NCBI RefSeq assembly: GCF_006345805.1
Contig: NC_043011.1
Coordinates: forward strand, 35,104,464 to 35,168,463
Source: Octopus sinensis
Lineage: Eukaryota
DNA length: 64,000 bases
Direction of reading: 5' to 3'
Shown: positions 1 to 12,991 of the stretch, piece after piece
How the letters are laid out: each line of letters opens with the position of its first letter
How positions within the stretch are numbered: position 1 is the first letter of the stretch
The notes under the pieces: generated by a model
Seen by the model: the letters and a program-made list of their open reading frames with translations, nothing else
What the model was told of the DNA's origin: nothing
Databases searched by the model: none
Translations under genes and position numbers: made by a program

Positions 1-116
1 TTGATGTAAAGGCCCACAGGCCTAATATTAGTCTTGCAGAGTGAGTTATAAAAGTCATAATTTAAACGAGGAATTTAAATGAGAAATGATTCATTCATTT
101 AAATTTTATACATACA

Positions 117-147
<31 letters not shown>

Positions 148-284
148 ATGTGTGTGTACATGTGTGTGTGTATCCATGTGTGTTGTGTGTATATATACAT
201 GTGTGTTGTGTGTGTGTGTATGTGTGTGTGTGTGTGTATGTGCGTGTAGCTTGTCCCCCACCAGTGTTTGTTCCCCACCGGTGT

Positions 285-470
285 TTATCTCCCACCATCG
301 CCTGGCAGCCGGTGTCGGTGTGTTTACATCCCCATAACCTTAGCGGTTCGGGGAAAGTGACGATAGAATAAGTACCGACTTTAAACCATTTTAATCACTG
401 GGGGCGATTCATTCGCCATGGTAATGCCCCAGTATGGCCGCAGTTTAACGACTGAAACAGATAAAATATC
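285..470 (+). mobile_element. SINE family B, 3' half
   Basis: Matches the 3' half of the fuller copies at 19956 and 58105 (gtgtttacatcccc..ttagcggttcg..gatagaataagtac..atggccgcagt..gactgaaac). Confidence 0.8.
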
Positions 471-697
471 TTAATTATTTCCATTAGGTTTTAATCTTTC
501 TCAATTATTTTTCTGTTTTAAAATATTTTAAATGTTTTTAAAGTACTTTAATTATTTAATTATCATTAAAATCTTTGTCTAAATATTTTCTGATTATGGC
601 TTAATTTTATATCTTTAAACGGAATCTTTCAATTTCTTGCTTTTTAAATCTTTAATCTTAATATTTCATTTTGTTTTATAATATACACTACTTAGAA

Positions 698-975
698 GGC
701 GGCGAGCTGGCAGAATCGTTAGCACGCCGGGCGAAATGCTTAGCAGTATTTCGTCTGCGGCTACGTTCTGAGTTCAAATTCCACCGAGGTCGACTTTGCC
801 TTTCATCCTTTCGGGGTCGATTAAATAAGTACCAGTTACGTACTGTGGTCGATATAATCGACTTAATCCGTTTGTCTGTCCTTGTTTGTCCTCTTTGTGT
901 TTAGCCCCTTGTGGGTAGTAAAGAAATGGGTATTTCGTCTGTCTCTACGTTCTGAGTTCAAATTCCGCCGAGGAT
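698..975 (+). mobile_element. tRNA-head SINE family A with partial second body
   Basis: Head ggcggcgagctggcagaatcgttagc with A-box-like tggcagaatcg and B-box-like gagttcaaattcc; many copies in the window. Confidence 0.85.
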
Positions 976-1062
976 ATATAATTCACTTATACACACTGAC
1001 AACTGAGCTTTTTAAGTCGTTTTGACTCCTATTTCCAGCAAAAATGGAGCTATATACATATG

Positions 1063-1141
<79 letters not shown>

Positions 1142-1171
1142 CATATACACATATATATGTATATACATATG

Positions 1172-1215
<44 letters not shown>

Positions 1216-1474
1216 TATATTATATATATATGTATATGTATATACACACATACATACACACACACACACACACATCTATATGCATATATCGATAAAGCTG
1301 TATGAGTGCTTCTGTTGACGTCTATGTATGAGCATAGCTGTTTGCGTGCATGTGTGTATACGAGTGTGTGCGAACGTGCGTGTATGTGTGTGTGTGTGAA
1401 GGACTTTCGTCAGCTACTGACAAAAACCTACATTAAAAGCTTCTGTGTTTGTCAGAAAAAACATACAGTCTGGC

Positions 1475-1548
1475 GGCTGGGTATGCTGGGTGGCTGGGTA
1501 TGCTGGGTGGCTGGGTATGCTGGGTGGCTGGGTATGCTGGGTGGCTGG
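1475..1548 (+). repeat. 17-bp G-rich minisatellite (GGCTGGGTATGCTGGGT)x4.3
   Basis: Four exact tandem copies plus 6 bp. Confidence 0.95.
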
Positions 1549-1648
1549 TAGATTATGTAACTGGGCAACTACTACACTTCATTATGATCATCTCTCTGTT
1601 CTGGCTCATATATATATATATATATATCCATACACATTATATACATAC

Positions 1649-1689
<41 letters not shown>

Positions 1690-1855
1690 TACATACATGT
1701 CTACATATATATATATGTATATATATACATACATGTGAATGTGTTTGTGTGTGCGTGCGTACAAATGCATATATGGGAATGGCTAGATGCATTTTTATTT
1801 TTCTATTCAAACGTATATCCCAACATATCAATCAATCAACCAATCAATCAACCAA

Positions 1856-1994
<139 letters not shown>

Positions 1995-2808
1995 GTCTGT
2001 CTATCTGTCTGTCTGTCTGTTTGTGTACTTATGTGTGTGTGTGTGTGTGTGGTGTTCTCGGCTTCGAGTTTTAGGCAAAACTTCAAACATTTCACACACA
2101 TGAAAATAGTAAGGATGTTTAATGTAAAAGATGTCCGTACTAACAAAAAAAACTGATTAGGATACCTTAGTTTCGAGTAAACTTAATGAGCCACTCTCAT
2201 CAAACGCGTAAGTCATGGATCTCTGCTAAAAGTGGCAGCTGGAGAAGTTCTGTGTTGCAAAAACTTTCTGTAAAGTATAAAAAAAAAGTATTTCTTTTTA
2301 TAAAGTACAGAAGTATTGTTTTTATAAAAAAACAAGGAAGATTATATAATAACCCTCATTAAGCTTTCGTAGTGTAGTGGTGATAATTCCTGTTGATTAA
2401 CCGAAGACTTTTTTCTTTTGTGAGTGGAAAGGTAACTTTGGAAATTCTCTTTAGAAAAGGAAGCGACAGTGAGAGAAAGAAATCTTGTAGGAAGGAAAGA
2501 ATAAAACAAAAAATAAAAAAAAAACAAAAATGAAAGAATAGGGGACCAAAGTAATTAAATGCATGAAAGACTAAAGGGTGGGTCGGCTACGACAAGCAGC
2601 GAGGAAATAGGAATCGTTAGGTTCGATTCACGTGGGGCACTGTGGATTGATATTTTAGAACTTATTTACATTCCTGTAAACAAGGTGTAAACGTTTCCGA
2701 TTCGATATTTCGGTACATTCCGAACGTTAGGAATCTCCTATGTACCCGTCTGTTTGGTAGACTGTATATCAATGGAAGTCTGATATGCATACCTACACAC
2801 ACACACAT

Positions 2809-2858
<50 letters not shown>

Positions 2859-2870
2859 ACACACACACGT

Positions 2871-2935
<65 letters not shown>

Positions 2936-3482
2936 TACAACAAGATTCAGGTGAATAAGGTACTTAAAGGCGAGGTACCTAGTTAGGCAAGAGCCAGTCG
3001 TGGAATCACTAAATATGTATGTCCCGTGGATTTAAAAATCTTTTAAATGTCCTTGATTGTAAAATTCCTGTTTTAATCTGAAGAAAACGGTTTTTTATAA
3101 TTATATAATGTACGCATTGATCAATTAAAAAAGTTGTTAGAAACGGCTGTAATGAACTGACACCTGTCATTCAATTGTCACCTATTTATACGCACATGCG
3201 TATATACGTAGGTACCTATGTATATATGTATGTATGTGCGTATATATGTTTGTACGTGTGTGTGCGTGAGCATATGGTATATGATAAATAATGACAATTA
3301 CTAAATGTCCTACAAGGTTATTCAACCCGGATGAGGCATCAGGGTGTAACTTAAGTGGCCGTTTTTATTTATAACATAAAATATTGTGATTCGACATTTG
3401 GTATTGAGTCCTATTTTAGACAATGTTTTAATCATATACTAACATATTTGTATCTATGTTAAGCAACATTCTATATGCGTAC

Positions 3483-3582
<100 letters not shown>

Positions 3583-3632
3583 CCTTCCCTTCTCTCCCTA
3601 AACTTACATAAATACATACATATATACACACA

Positions 3633-3670
<38 letters not shown>

Positions 3671-3784
3671 CTCTTACATATACACATACATACGTACATA
3701 TATGCATACATACATACTCTCATCTACGCATTATATATATATATATGTGCGTGTATATATATATATTATATATATATATACATA

Positions 3785-3821
<37 letters not shown>

Positions 3822-4340
3822 CGGCCACTTTAAATGTCTCAAGTCTTCTCTTTGATGTTCTTAACTTTCATGTTGTTCGTTGCCAATTACCATTACGTAA
3901 CCATATACGTTCCTCTCTATCAGTGTGTCTATGTACGTGTGTGTGTGTGTTTGTGTGTTTGTGTGTTTGTGTGTGTATTTGTGTGTATATGTACGTGCGT
4001 GTATGTGTGTGTGTTTGTGTGTGTTTGTGTATATGTGTGTGTATGTGTGTGTGTGTGTTTTGTGTGTGTGTGTTTGTGTGTGTTGTGTGTGTGTGTGTGT
4101 GTGTGTAATGTTTACAAAATGGTTGCAGATAGTCAAATTTAAGTGGTTGTAGATTTCACACATCCGAAGTGGTTTCAGTCGTTCGTCTGTAGTCATACTG
4201 GAGCACTGTAAGCTATGTGCGTGTGATCGTTCGTTTGTTTGTTTGTGTGTGTGTGTGTGTGTGTGTGCATGTGTGTGTGTGCTTGTACGAGTATGTGCGT
4301 GTATGCATATATGTGTATGTATATGTGTGTATGTGTATAC

Positions 4341-4394
<54 letters not shown>

Positions 4395-4416
4395 GTATGT
4401 ATATATATATATATAA

Positions 4417-4449
<33 letters not shown>

Positions 4450-4472
4450 ATATATATATATATATATGTATG

Positions 4473-4588
<116 letters not shown>

Positions 4589-4811
4589 TATGTATTTACT
4601 TATAGTCCTTTACAAATCCTAACGCGATCCACAATTAAAAGGGTCAAATGTTTTATATCAAACGCTTGGCCCCTTTAGTACTAGACTGAGCCCTGAGCTG
4701 AGCAGTGGAGTGGGCCCTAGACCGAGCACTGGGGTCGATGCAATCGACTTGTCCCTCCCTACAAATTTCAGGCTTTGTGCTTATAGCACAAACGATTATT
4801 AAGAAGACTTA

Positions 4812-5437
4812 AGGTGGCGAGCTGGCAGAACTATTAGCATGCCGGACAAAACTTTTAGCGGCATTTCGTCCGTCTTTACATTCTGAGTTGAAATACTTTC
4901 TACTATGGGCACAGGTCCTGAAATTTTGGAGAGGGGACTAGTCGATTACGTCACCCCAGTGCTTCACTGGTACTTAATTCACCGACCCCAAAAGGATGAA
5001 TGGCAAAGTCGAACTCGGTGGAATTTGAACTCAGAACGTAAAGACAGACGAAATACCTATTTCTTTATTACCCACAAGGGGCTAAACACAGAGAGGACAA
5101 ACAAGGACAGACGAACGGATTAAGTTGATTATATCGGCCCCAGTGTGTAACTGGTACTTATTTAATCGACCCCGAAAGGATGAAAGGCAAAGTCGACCTC
5201 GGCGGAATTTGAACTCAGAACATAAGGACAGACGAAATACCGCCAAGCATTTTGTCTGGCGTTTTAACGATTCTGCCAGCTCGCTGCCTTCTGAGTTGAA
5301 ATTCTACCATGGTGGACGTTGCCTTTCATCTTTTCGGGATCGATAAATTAAGTACCAGTGAAGCACTGGGATTGATGAAACCAACTTGCTCCATCCCCAC
5401 AAAACTTTAGCCATTATACCTACAGCTGAAAGGATAT
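4812..5437 (+). mobile_element. SINE A interrupted by an antisense SINE A dimer (insert 4895-5288)
   Basis: 14-bp TSD ttctgagttgaaat at 4881-4894 and 5289-5302; the host SINE resumes in register. Confidence 0.85.
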
Positions 5438-5451
5438 TGTGGGTTAACTAA

Positions 5452-5880
5452 CGACGGCGAGCGGGCAGGATCGTTAGCATACGGGGCAAAATATATATTT
5501 TTTCTACTCTAGGCACAAGGCTCGAAACTTTTTAGGAGTGGGAGTCGATTAGCTCGACTCCAGTACACAACTGGTACTTAATTTATCGACCCCGAAAGGA
5601 TGAAAGGCAAAGTCGACCTCGGCGGAATTTGAACTCAGAACGTAATGACAGACGAAATACGGCTAAGCATTTCACCCGGCGTACTAACGTTTCTGCCAGC
5701 TCGCCGCTTTACGGGGCAAAATATTTAGCGGCATTTGAATGCTGAGTTCAAATTCCACCGAGGTCGACTTTACCTTTCCTCATTTCGGGCGTTCATAAAA
5801 CTGGTACTATCTGAGTACCAAGTTCGATAAATGTAATCGATAGACCTCTCCCCGCAAGTTTCAGGCCTTGTGTCTGTTGT
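5452..5880 (+). mobile_element. SINE A interrupted by an antisense SINE A (insert 5495-5709)
   Basis: 15-bp TSD tacggggcaaaatat at 5480-5494 and 5710-5724. Confidence 0.85.
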
Positions 5881-6169
5881 CGAAGAATTACTAAACATAC
5901 TTTCTGTAGATTGGAGACGAGCAGATGAACGAGGGCTGATGTGATCCCGGAACACCATTGGCGGTCAGGATTCTGTATCCGAATGGTTTATCGACTGATA
6001 TTAGTAGGATGTTCTCATGTATCAGAAGGGCTGCATCAGTCTTGTGTTCACATGTATACTTTTATCTAATATCACTGGGGGCAACGAAACCCCATTTCCA
6101 TTCTTTCCTCATATATTTTATGAAAACACCCACACAAAAAAATATCACAATCATTAAAATTTATCATTA

Positions 6170-6488
6170 GGCGCATGACTTGCTTGTTAGGGTATTTGGC
6201 TCACGATCGTGAAGTCGTGAGTTCAATTCCTGGCGAAGCGTTGTGTCCCTGAGCAAGTCACTTTATTTCACAATCATCCAGTCCACTCAGCTGGCAAAAA
6301 TGAGTAGTACCTGTATTTCAAAGGGCCGGCCTTGTTACATTCAGTGTCAATCTGAATCTCCCTGAGAATTACGTTTAGAGTACACGTGTCTATAGAGTGC
6401 TCAGCCACTTGCACGTTAATTTCAGGAGCAGGATGTTCCGGAGGTCAGACCAACTGTAAACGCTCGTCGTTACAACTGACGGGGCGCC
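6170..6488 (+). mobile_element. tRNA-head SINE family C with CORE-like block and a shared 3' tail
   Basis: tgtgtccctgagcaagtcacttt resembles the MIR/CORE segment; the tail is shared with 7180-7390, 34375-34626(-) and 59980-60139. Confidence 0.7.
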
Positions 6489-7949
6489 AGTTGTGGCTAT
6501 TGTTATTAAGGCGGTGTTCGTCCGTCTCTATGTTCTGAGTTAAAATACCGCCGAATTTGATTATGCCTTTGAAACCCTTCATAGTCGATAAAATAAGTAC
6601 CAGTTGAGTACTGGGGTCGATGTAATCGACCAGTCCCCATTCCAAACTTTCAGGCCTTGTGCATATTGCAGAAACGATTGTTTCTTTAGTTTCTGAGTTC
6701 AAATTCCACCGAGGTCGACTGTGTCTTTCATCTTTTCGGAGTCGATAAAATAAGTACCAGTTAACTATTGAGGTCGATGTAATCGATTTACTCCCTCGAC
6801 CGAATATGCTGGCCTTGTGCCTCAGTTTCAAATCAGTATTAAAGCGGCGAAGGCGGTGCAGCTGTAAAATTATTTCCTGCACTAGACAAAAGACTTAGAG
6901 GTATTTTTCTCAGGTTTACGTTCTGAGTTCAAATTGCGCCGAGGTTGACTTCGCCTTTTATCCTTTCCAGGTCAATAGAATTAATATCGGTTGACCCCCT
7001 CGAATCGATATAACTCCTGGAATCGATATACCCTTCTAAATTGCTGGCTTCGTGTCAAAATTTGAAACCATGATCAAGGCAGTGAGTTGGAAAAATCGTC
7101 GGACAAAATGCTTAGCAGCATTACTCTAGGCACTTTATGATCCGAGTTCAAATCCCTCTAGAATCGACTTAGCCTTAGCTCCAGTCCACTCAGCTGGCAA
7201 AAATGAGTAGTACCTGTATTTCAAAGAGCAAGCCTTGTCACTATATGTCACGGTGAATTTCCCTGAGAACTACGTGAAGAGTGCACGTGTCTGTGGAGTG
7301 CTCAGCCACTTGCACGTTAATTTCACGCGCAAGCTCTTCCGTTGATCGTATCAGCTGGGACCCTCGTCGTCGTAGCCGACGGATTGCTCCTATATAAATA
7401 TGCGTGTGTGTGTGTGTGTGTGTATGTATATGTGTGCATGTGTGTGTGCGTGCGTTTCGTTGTGTGTGTTAGTAATATAATAATATTAGTGTTGGTTTGC
7501 ACGAATAGAAAACATTTGGAAGCGGTGCTCTAGCATGGCCACAGTTCCATGGCTGAGAGAAGTAACAAAATATTAAAGAAATATATAGTGTTCCCGAATA
7601 ACTAAATAAAGCAAGCTGACTATTTGTGTTTTTCAAAGCATTTATGGATGTTTAAGGACTATCTGGAGGTGTAAGGATGAAGTTATATGGGTCTGTGCCA
7701 CCATGGCACCGTGACACTGCCCTGCGGCAGTGTGTACTTTGTTTAGATAGCGATAGACCATAGCAAACAAACGAAGCGTAACAAAAATAATAGGACAAAT
7801 TAATAGAGAAAAATATTTGCATGTAATTTCAACTATTAATTATCAGTGTAATTAATTAATTAATTAATAATTTTTTAATTAGTTGTCATGAAAGAGATGT
7901 ATATTTTTTCGAGTAGATGTGTATATGCGTAGTGTGTGTGTGTGTGTGT

Positions 7950-7990
<41 letters not shown>

Positions 7991-8178
7991 CATGTGTGTG
8001 TGTGCGTGTTCATGTGTGTGTGTGTGTGTGTGCTTGCAAGCGCATTCATCAATATATGGAAGTGGTTTCGAAACTGCTTGGATGGGTGCTATTATGCGAT
8101 GCTTTGTGGAGGTCCACGTAATCTGGTGTAAATATATTTTAATATCTGTAGAAGCAAATATAAATATACCCATTAACA

Positions 8179-8214
<36 letters not shown>

Positions 8215-8277
8215 TATGGGCTGGCCAAGCCTTGTGAGTGGATTTGGTAGACGGAAATGAAAGAAGCTCGTCGTATG

Positions 8278-8328
<51 letters not shown>

Positions 8329-8546
8329 GTGTGTGTATGCTTGTGTGTCTGTTTGTCCTCCCACCATCGCTTGACAACCACTGACGGTGTGTTTATACCC
8401 TGTAACTTAGCGGTTCGACAAAAGTGGTCGATAAAATAAGACTAGGCTTACAAAGAATAAATCCTGGGGTTAATTTGTTCGACTCAAAAACCATTCAAGG
8501 CGATGCTCCACAATGGCCGCAGTAAATGACTGAAACAAATAAAACA

Positions 8547-8637
<91 letters not shown>

Positions 8638-8756
8638 ACAATCAAGGAACGGCCATAATAGGCCATTCACCCACTAGAAATAACAGCCAAAGCTTCAAAC
8701 GCAAATAAAGATTAATTCCGTAAACAGGAGAAATTTTAAAAAACATTTACCCTGTA

Positions 8757-8863
8757 ATTTCTTGTACGATGCACCGTTTCATCTGCTGTTTAATGGTAAA
8801 CTAACCTGATTAAATTAAATCAAGCCAATCTTCCATAGGCCCTCAGATTCTTCAGCAAGAAAT
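8757..8863 (-). ncRNA. Type I hammerhead ribozyme (inverted arm copy)
   Basis: Reverse complement reads ATTTCTTG-CTGAAGA-ATCTG...CAGAT-GAAA-CGGTGCATC-GTA-CAAGAAAT. Confidence 0.9.
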
Positions 8864-9460
8864 AGCCAAGTCGGAACAGATATTTTCACGAGGCATTTCC
8901 GACCCTGCCAAGGTAATATCTGACCTAAAATTTTCAAATCGTCGCACTCGCGCCAAATTTATCGGCAGCCAGCAAATAATATAGCCGTCGATTCCATTAC
9001 GGAATTAACCAGAAAATTCATAATTAATCAATATAGGGTGCCAAAAAAAATTTTGTAGAATTCTTTTTGCCACCAGCGGCCTAGTGGGAAAAAATTAAAT
9101 AGTCATAGACCATTTTTAAGTTCAACATCAACAATCAAGGAACGGCCATAATAGGCCATTCACCCACTAGAAATAACAGCCAAAGCTTCAACCGCAAATA
9201 AAGATTAATTCCGTAAACAGGAGAAAATTTAAAAAACATTTACCCTGTAATTTCTTGTACGATGCACCGTTTCATCTGCTGTTTAATGGTAAACTAACCT
9301 GATTAAATGAATTTTCTGGTTAATTCCGTAATGGAATCGACGGCTTATATTTATTTGCTGCCGATAAATTTGGCGCGAGTGCGACGATTTGAAAATTTTA
9401 GGTCGATATTACCTTGGCAGGGTCGGAAATGCCTCGTGAAAATATCTGTTCCGACTGGCT

Positions 9461-9567
9461 ATTTCTTGCTGAAGAATCTGAGGGCCTATGGAAGATTGGC
9501 TTGATTTAATTTAATCAGGTTAGTTTACCATTAAACAGCAGATGAAACGGTGCATCGTACAAGAAAT
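9461..9567 (+). ncRNA. Type I hammerhead ribozyme, copy 1
   Basis: Helix I ATTTCTTG/CAAGAAAT (8 bp), core CTGAAGA 9469-9475, helix II ATCTG/CAGAT, GAAA 9544-9547, near-palindromic helix III ACGGTGCATCGT, GUA cleavage after 9559. Confidence 0.92.
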
Positions 9568-9949
9568 TACAGGGTAAATGTTTTTTAAATTTTCTCCTGT
9601 TTACGGAATTAATCTTTATTTGCGGTTGAAGCTTTGGCTGTTATTTCTAGTGGGTGAATGGCCTATTATGGCCGTTCCTTGATTGTTGATGTTGAACTTA
9701 AAAATGGTCTAGACTATTTAACTTTTTCCCACTAGGCCGCTGGTGGCAAAAAGAATTCTACAAAATTTTTTTTGCCACCCTATATTGATTAATTATGAAT
9801 TTTCTGGTTAATTCCGTAATGGAATCGACGGCATATATTTATTTGCTGCCGATAAATTGGCGCGAGTGCGACGATTTGAAAATTTTAGGTCAGATATTAC
9901 CTTGGCAGGGTCGGAAATGCCTCGTGAAAATATCTGTTCCGACTTGGCT

Positions 9950-10054
9950 ATTTCTTGCTGAAGAATCTGAGGGCCTATGGAAGATTGGCTTGATTTAATT
10001 TAATCAGGTAGTTTACCATTAACAGCAGATGAAACGGTGCATCGTACAAGAAAT
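9950..10054 (+). ncRNA. Type I hammerhead ribozyme, copy 2
   Basis: Same motif intact; predicted cleavage after 10046. Confidence 0.9.
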
Positions 10055-10439
10055 TACAGGGTAAATGTTTTTTAAATTTTCTCTCCTGTTTACGGAATTA
10101 ATCTTTATTTGCGGTTGAAGCTTTGGCTGTTATTTCTAGTGGGTGAATGGCCTATTATGGCCGTTCCTTGATTGTTGATGTTGAACTTAAAAATGGTCTA
10201 TGACTATTTAATTTTTTCCCACTAGGCCGCTAGTGGCAAAAAGAATTCTACAAAATTTTTTTTGGCACCCTATATTGATTAATTATGAATTTTCTGGTTA
10301 ATTCCGTAATGGAATCGACGGCTTATATTTATTTGCTGCCGATAAATTTGGCGCGAGTGCGACGATTTGAAAATTTTAGGTCAGATATTACCTTGGCAGG
10401 TCGGAATGCCTCGTGAAAATTCTGTTCCGACTTGGCTCT

Positions 10440-10546
10440 ATTTCTTGCTGAAGAATCTGAGGGCCTATGGAAGATTGGCTTGATTTAATTTAATCAGGTT
10501 AGTTTACCATTAAACAGCAGATGAAACGGTGCATCGTACAAGAAAT
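10440..10546 (+). ncRNA. Type I hammerhead ribozyme, copy 3
   Basis: Same motif intact; predicted cleavage after 10538. Confidence 0.9.
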
Positions 10547-10928
10547 TACAGGGTAAATGTTTTTTAAATTTTCTCCTGTTTACGGAATTAATCTTTATTT
10601 GCGGTTGAAGCTTTGGCTGTTATTTCTAGTGGGTGAATGGCCTATTATGGCCGTTCCTTGATTGTTGATGTTGAACTTAAAAATGGTCTATGACTATTTA
10701 ACTTTTTCCCACTAGGCCGCTGGTGGCAAAAAGAATTCTACAAAATTTTTTTTGCCACCCTATATTGATTAATTATGAATTTTCTGGTTAATTCCGTAAT
10801 GGAATCGACGGCATATATTTATTGCTGCCGATAAATTTGGCGCGAGTGCGACGATTTGAAAATTTTAGGTCAGATATACGTTGGCAGGGTCGGAAATGCC
10901 TCGTGAAAATATCTGTTCCGACTTGGCT

Positions 10929-11034
10929 ATTTCTTGCTGAAGAATCTGAGGGCCTATGGAAGATTGGCTTGATTTAATTTAATCAGTGTTATTTACCATT
11001 AACAGCAGATGAAACGGTGCATCGTACAAGAAAT
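10929..11034 (+). ncRNA. Type I hammerhead ribozyme, copy 4
   Basis: Same motif intact; predicted cleavage after 11026. Confidence 0.9.
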
Positions 11035-11415
11035 TACAGGGTAAATGTTTTTTAAATTTTCTCCTGTTTACGGAATTAATCTTTATTGCGGTTGAAGCTT
11101 TGGCTGTTATTTCTAGTGGGTGAATGGCCTATTATGGCCGTTCCTTGATTGTTGATGTTGAACTTAAAAATGGTCTATGACTATTTAATTTTTTCCCACT
11201 AGGCCGCTAGTGGCAAAAAGAATTCTACAAAATTTTTTTTGGCACCCTATATTGATTAATTATGAATTTTCTGGTTAATTCGTAATGGAATCGACGGCTT
11301 ATATTATTTGCTGCCGATAAATTTGGCGCGAGTGCGACGATTTGAAAATTTTAGGTCAGATATTACCTTGGCAGGGTCGGAAATGCCTCGTGAAAATATC
11401 TGTTCCGACTTGGCT

Positions 11416-11523
11416 ATTTCTTGCTGAAGAATCTGAGGGCCTATGGAAGATTGGCTTGATTTAATTTAATCAGGTTAGTTTACCATTAAACAGCATGATG
11501 AAACGGTGCATCGTACAAGAAAT
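11416..11523 (+). ncRNA. Type I hammerhead ribozyme, copy 5 (1-nt insertion in helix II 3' strand)
   Basis: Reads cagcaTgatgaaac; core intact; predicted cleavage after 11515. Confidence 0.8.
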
Positions 11524-11912
11524 TACAGGGTAAATGTTTTTTAAATTTTCTCCTGTTTACGGAATTAATCTTTATTTGCGGTTGAAGCTTTGGCTGTTTT
11601 TTCTAGTGGGTGAATGGCCTATTATGGCCGTTCTTGATTGTTGATGTTGAACTTAAAAATGGTCTATGACTATTTAATTTTTTCCCACTAGGCCGCTGGT
11701 GGCAAAAAGAATTCTACAAAATTTTTTTTTTTTGCCACCCTATATTGATTAATTATGAATTTTCTGGTTAATTCCGTAATGGAATCGACGGCTTATATTT
11801 ATTTGCTGCCGATAAATTTGGGGCGAGTGCGACGACGATTTGAAAATTTTAGGTCAGATATTACCTTGGCAGGTCGGAAATGCCTCGTGAAAATATCTGT
11901 TCCGACTTGGCT

Positions 11913-12020
11913 ATTTCTTGCTGAAGAATCTGAGGTCCTATGGAAGATTGGCTTGATTTAATTTAATCAGGTTATAGTTACCATTAAACAGCAGATGAAA
12001 CGGTGCATCGTACAAGAAAT
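11913..12020 (+). ncRNA. Type I hammerhead ribozyme, copy 6
   Basis: Motif intact; predicted cleavage after 12012. Confidence 0.9.
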
Positions 12021-12393
12021 TACAGGGTAAATGTTTTTTAAATTTTCTCCTGTTACGGAATTAATGTTTATTTGCTTTGGCTGTTATTTCTAGTGGGTGA
12101 ATGGCCTATATGCCGTTCCTTGATTGTTGATGTTGAACTTAAAAATGGTCTATGACTATTTAATTTTTTCCCACTAGGCCGCTGGTGGCAAAAAGATTCT
12201 ACAAAATTTTTTTTTGCCACCCTACATTGATAATTATGAATTTTCTGGTTAATTCCGTAATGGAATCGACGCGGCTTATATTATTTGCTGCCGATAAATT
12301 TGGCGCGAGTGTGACGATTTGAAAATTTTAGGTCAGATATTACCTTGGCGAGGGTCGGAAATGCCTCGTGAAAATATCTGTTCCGACTTGGCT

Positions 12394-12499
12394 ATTTCTT
12401 GCTGAAGAATCTGAGGGCCTATGGAAGATTGGCTTGATTTAATTTGATCAGGTTAGTTTAACCATAACAGCAGATGAAACGGTGCATCGTACAAGAAAT
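12394..12499 (+). ncRNA. Type I hammerhead ribozyme, copy 7
   Basis: Motif intact; predicted cleavage after 12491. Confidence 0.9.
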
Positions 12500-12884
12500 T
12501 ACAGGGTAAATGTTTTTTAAATTTTCTCCTGTTTACGGAATTAATCTTTATTTGCGGTTGAAGCTTTGGCTGTTATTTCTAGTGGGTGAATGGCCTATTA
12601 TGGCCGTTCCTTGATTGTTGATGTTGAACTTAAAAATGGTCTATGACTATTTAATTTTTTCCACTAGGCCGCTGGTGGCAAAAAGAATTCTACAAAATTT
12701 TTTTTTTTGCCACCCTATATTGATTAATTATGAATTTTCTGGTTAATTCCGTAATGGAATCGACGGCTTATATTTATTTGCTGCCGATAATTTGGCGCGA
12801 GTGCGACGATTTGAAAATTTTAGGTCAGATATTACCTTGGCAGGGTCGGAAATGCCTCGTGAAAATATCTGTTCCGACTTGGCT

Positions 12885-12991
12885 ATTTCTTGCTGAAGAA
12901 TCTGAGGGCCTATGGAAGATTGGCTTGATTTAATTTAATCAGGTTAGTTTACCATTAAACAGCAGATGAAACGGTGCATCGTACAAGAAAT
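12885..12991 (+). ncRNA. Type I hammerhead ribozyme, copy 8
   Basis: Motif intact; predicted cleavage after 12983. Confidence 0.9.

Noticed and set aside
9406-9422. ATATTACCTTGGCAGGG resembling the U1 snRNA 5' end
   Set aside because: Similarity stops after ~17 nt; no U1 stem-loops or Sm site follow.
9742-9790. Helitron-like terminal hairpin suggesting a rolling-circle DNA concatemer
   Set aside because: No 5' TC or 3' CTRR termini; the per-unit hammerhead explains the array better, though rolling-circle DNA amplification is not formally excluded.
9307-12933. Repeated ORF MNFLVNSVMESTAY.. in the array
   Set aside because: About 65 aa, frameshifted differently between copies and unrecognisable; the RNA-structure explanation is far stronger.
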